A stretch of DNA of 64,000 nucleotides from Bilabrum cf. latius (lineage: Eukaryota), in contig OZ237742.1 in assembly GCA_965178125.1 (NCBI GenBank), positions 248,001 through 312,000 of the forward strand, given 5' to 3'. This document shows positions 62,519 to 64,000 of this stretch, piece by piece. A model generated the notes under the pieces. It did not search any database. It saw nothing but the letters and a program-made list of their open reading frames with translations, and was not told where the DNA came from. Numbering within the stretch: position 1 is the first letter of the stretch; the number at the start of each line of letters is the position of its first letter. Made by a program: the position numbers and the translations under genes.

Positions 62519-64000
62519 TCAATCAGTTAATAGGCACGTGCATGCCCAGACAACATCAGCGGCCTTTGTCCTCATTCCACGCATCTCAGTGGAGAGAACA
62601 GCAACTGCTTTCACCCATGCGTCCGCACCTCGGACGTGGGCACCCTGCGCCGGGGACAGCTTGGGATGGCTGCGAGCCGACGCGAGGAATTCCCTCCAGC
62701 GGTCCAGATCACTTGCACTCACGTCCAACCGCAATGGATCCTCACCCTGCTCCTCGTCTGCTCGTCTCTGGCACACGACTGCCTCGGGCTCGGGCTCGGC
62801 ACCAAGCAGGTTCATCTCGCGCTCACTTGTGAGGTCGCTTGCCTGCTACCCGCCTGCACCGACCAACGCGCCAAGTATGCTACCTCGGGGAGCATGCACA
62901 GCCCCAGCGCTCCCCGACGCATCCGCTCGTGCACCCCCCGCGGCACCCGCCAGGTCCTTCACCTCCACGTAGCTCCCCGTCGATTGGGTGTGTGCCCCGT
63001 GGCACGCCATGGGGCCCAGCAGCACCCTCAGCAGCACGTCCAGCAGGTTGGCCCGCTCCACAACCGTCACCACGTCGCGAGGGGAGCATGTTGCGCTTTC
63101 TGCACCGTCGCTCGCATGGCTCACGGAGCAGTCGGGCCAGGCTTCGGGCTGGTGCGGGAGCCAAGGTACCGCTCGGCCGATGCAGTCTCGTGGGGTGGCG
63201 CAGGAGAGGGGCAAGGAGCAGTCGCTGCTCGTGGGCTGCAACCCGTCCATATCCGACAGGAACACGCGCAAGCCGTCCTAACGACGGCCATCTCCCGTTG
63301 ACCCAGGCATGACCTGCCACTGGCTGGGCTTCCAGTCACAGATCCACCGACCCATCCCCCTGGCCTCGAGGACCGACTCCACCAGGGATGCCGCGATCTG
63401 TGTCCTCTTACTTGCCTCCTGGGCGATCAGCGCGAACGCTTGCCATTGCACCGACGAGTCGCTCGCGATGCTAGCAGGCCCCCGCTCCGGCAGTACAGAG
63501 GCACGCCGTATGGCTTGCGCCAGCCTGCCCTCGGACCGGACCAGCCACTCGTCCAGGGGAACCGCCCCAGCTGGCAAGTGCCTCACACCCAAGCTGCATG
63601 CTGACCCCTCCAGGCCGGGAGGACTCGCGGCGTAGCCAAGCAGGATGGGGCTGAGCCCCGCCCGCACCCTCCTCACGTCCCTCAGCACGTGGTTCTCCGC
63701 GTCAAGGTCGCACCTGTGCTCGTCCGACCACAGCTCGTATCGGAACATCTCTTGACACCAGCGTTGCGACAGGGCCCCGGGATTTTGCCCCGCCCTCGCG
63801 TCCCATGGGGGTGCTTCGGCGCACGGGAGATCCCGAGGAACAACTGTGCCGCCCTACTCGTTCCCTTGCGGGCCACTCGCATGGCGCTATCCTGTGGTCA
63901 GGAACGGCTTGCCGGAGCGATCGATCGCAAGCAGCTGCCGGTGGGCGACTCTGCCCTCGCCCATGCTAAGGGTTAAGCGGTCCCCATCAAAGCCAGCGTA
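62519..64000 (-). CDS. 5'-partial protein with a divergent kinase-like domain (DIPK/PKDCC-like); 4 in-frame TAG
   Basis: The frame is open from 64000 with only TAG interruptions. SPILLGY, ICDWKPSQW and FLSDMD resemble catalytic-loop and DFG equivalents. Ends TGA. Confidence 0.5.

Noticed and set aside
1-64000. Suppressor tRNA or eRF1 gene within the window
   Set aside because: None was recognised by eye. tRNAscan-SE would be needed to exclude a tRNA in the short spacers.

Overview
This is gene-dense, GC-rich nuclear DNA from a flagellated unicellular eukaryote. It has short GT-AG introns, a DRC2 axonemal gene and a U5 snRNP gene. Its style resembles heterotrophic stramenopiles, but the taxon cannot be fixed from sequence alone. 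About 26 protein genes are present, with intergenic gaps often only about 70-250 bp. The main discovery is a non-standard nuclear genetic code. Most genes look fragmented in the standard-code ORF track, but the fragments lie in one frame and are joined only by in-frame TAG codons (roughly 90-100 by manual count). Several of these TAGs sit at family-conserved Gln positions, so TAG most likely encodes Gln. Every confidently modelled gene ends in TGA. TAA was found neither as a terminator nor as a sense codon in any confident model, so its meaning is unresolved. Reading TAG as Gln reveals a ~4,260-aa IPT/TIG-repeat multi-pass surface protein, a ~2,025-aa Sen1/Upf1-type helicase, NOM1, ERG8-type phosphomevalonate kinase, and a head-to-head GH10/GH3 pair. 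The window also holds a ~2.16-kb tandem duplication of a divergent orphan gene pair with mosaic identity. No RNA genes, CRISPR arrays or transposons were recognised.
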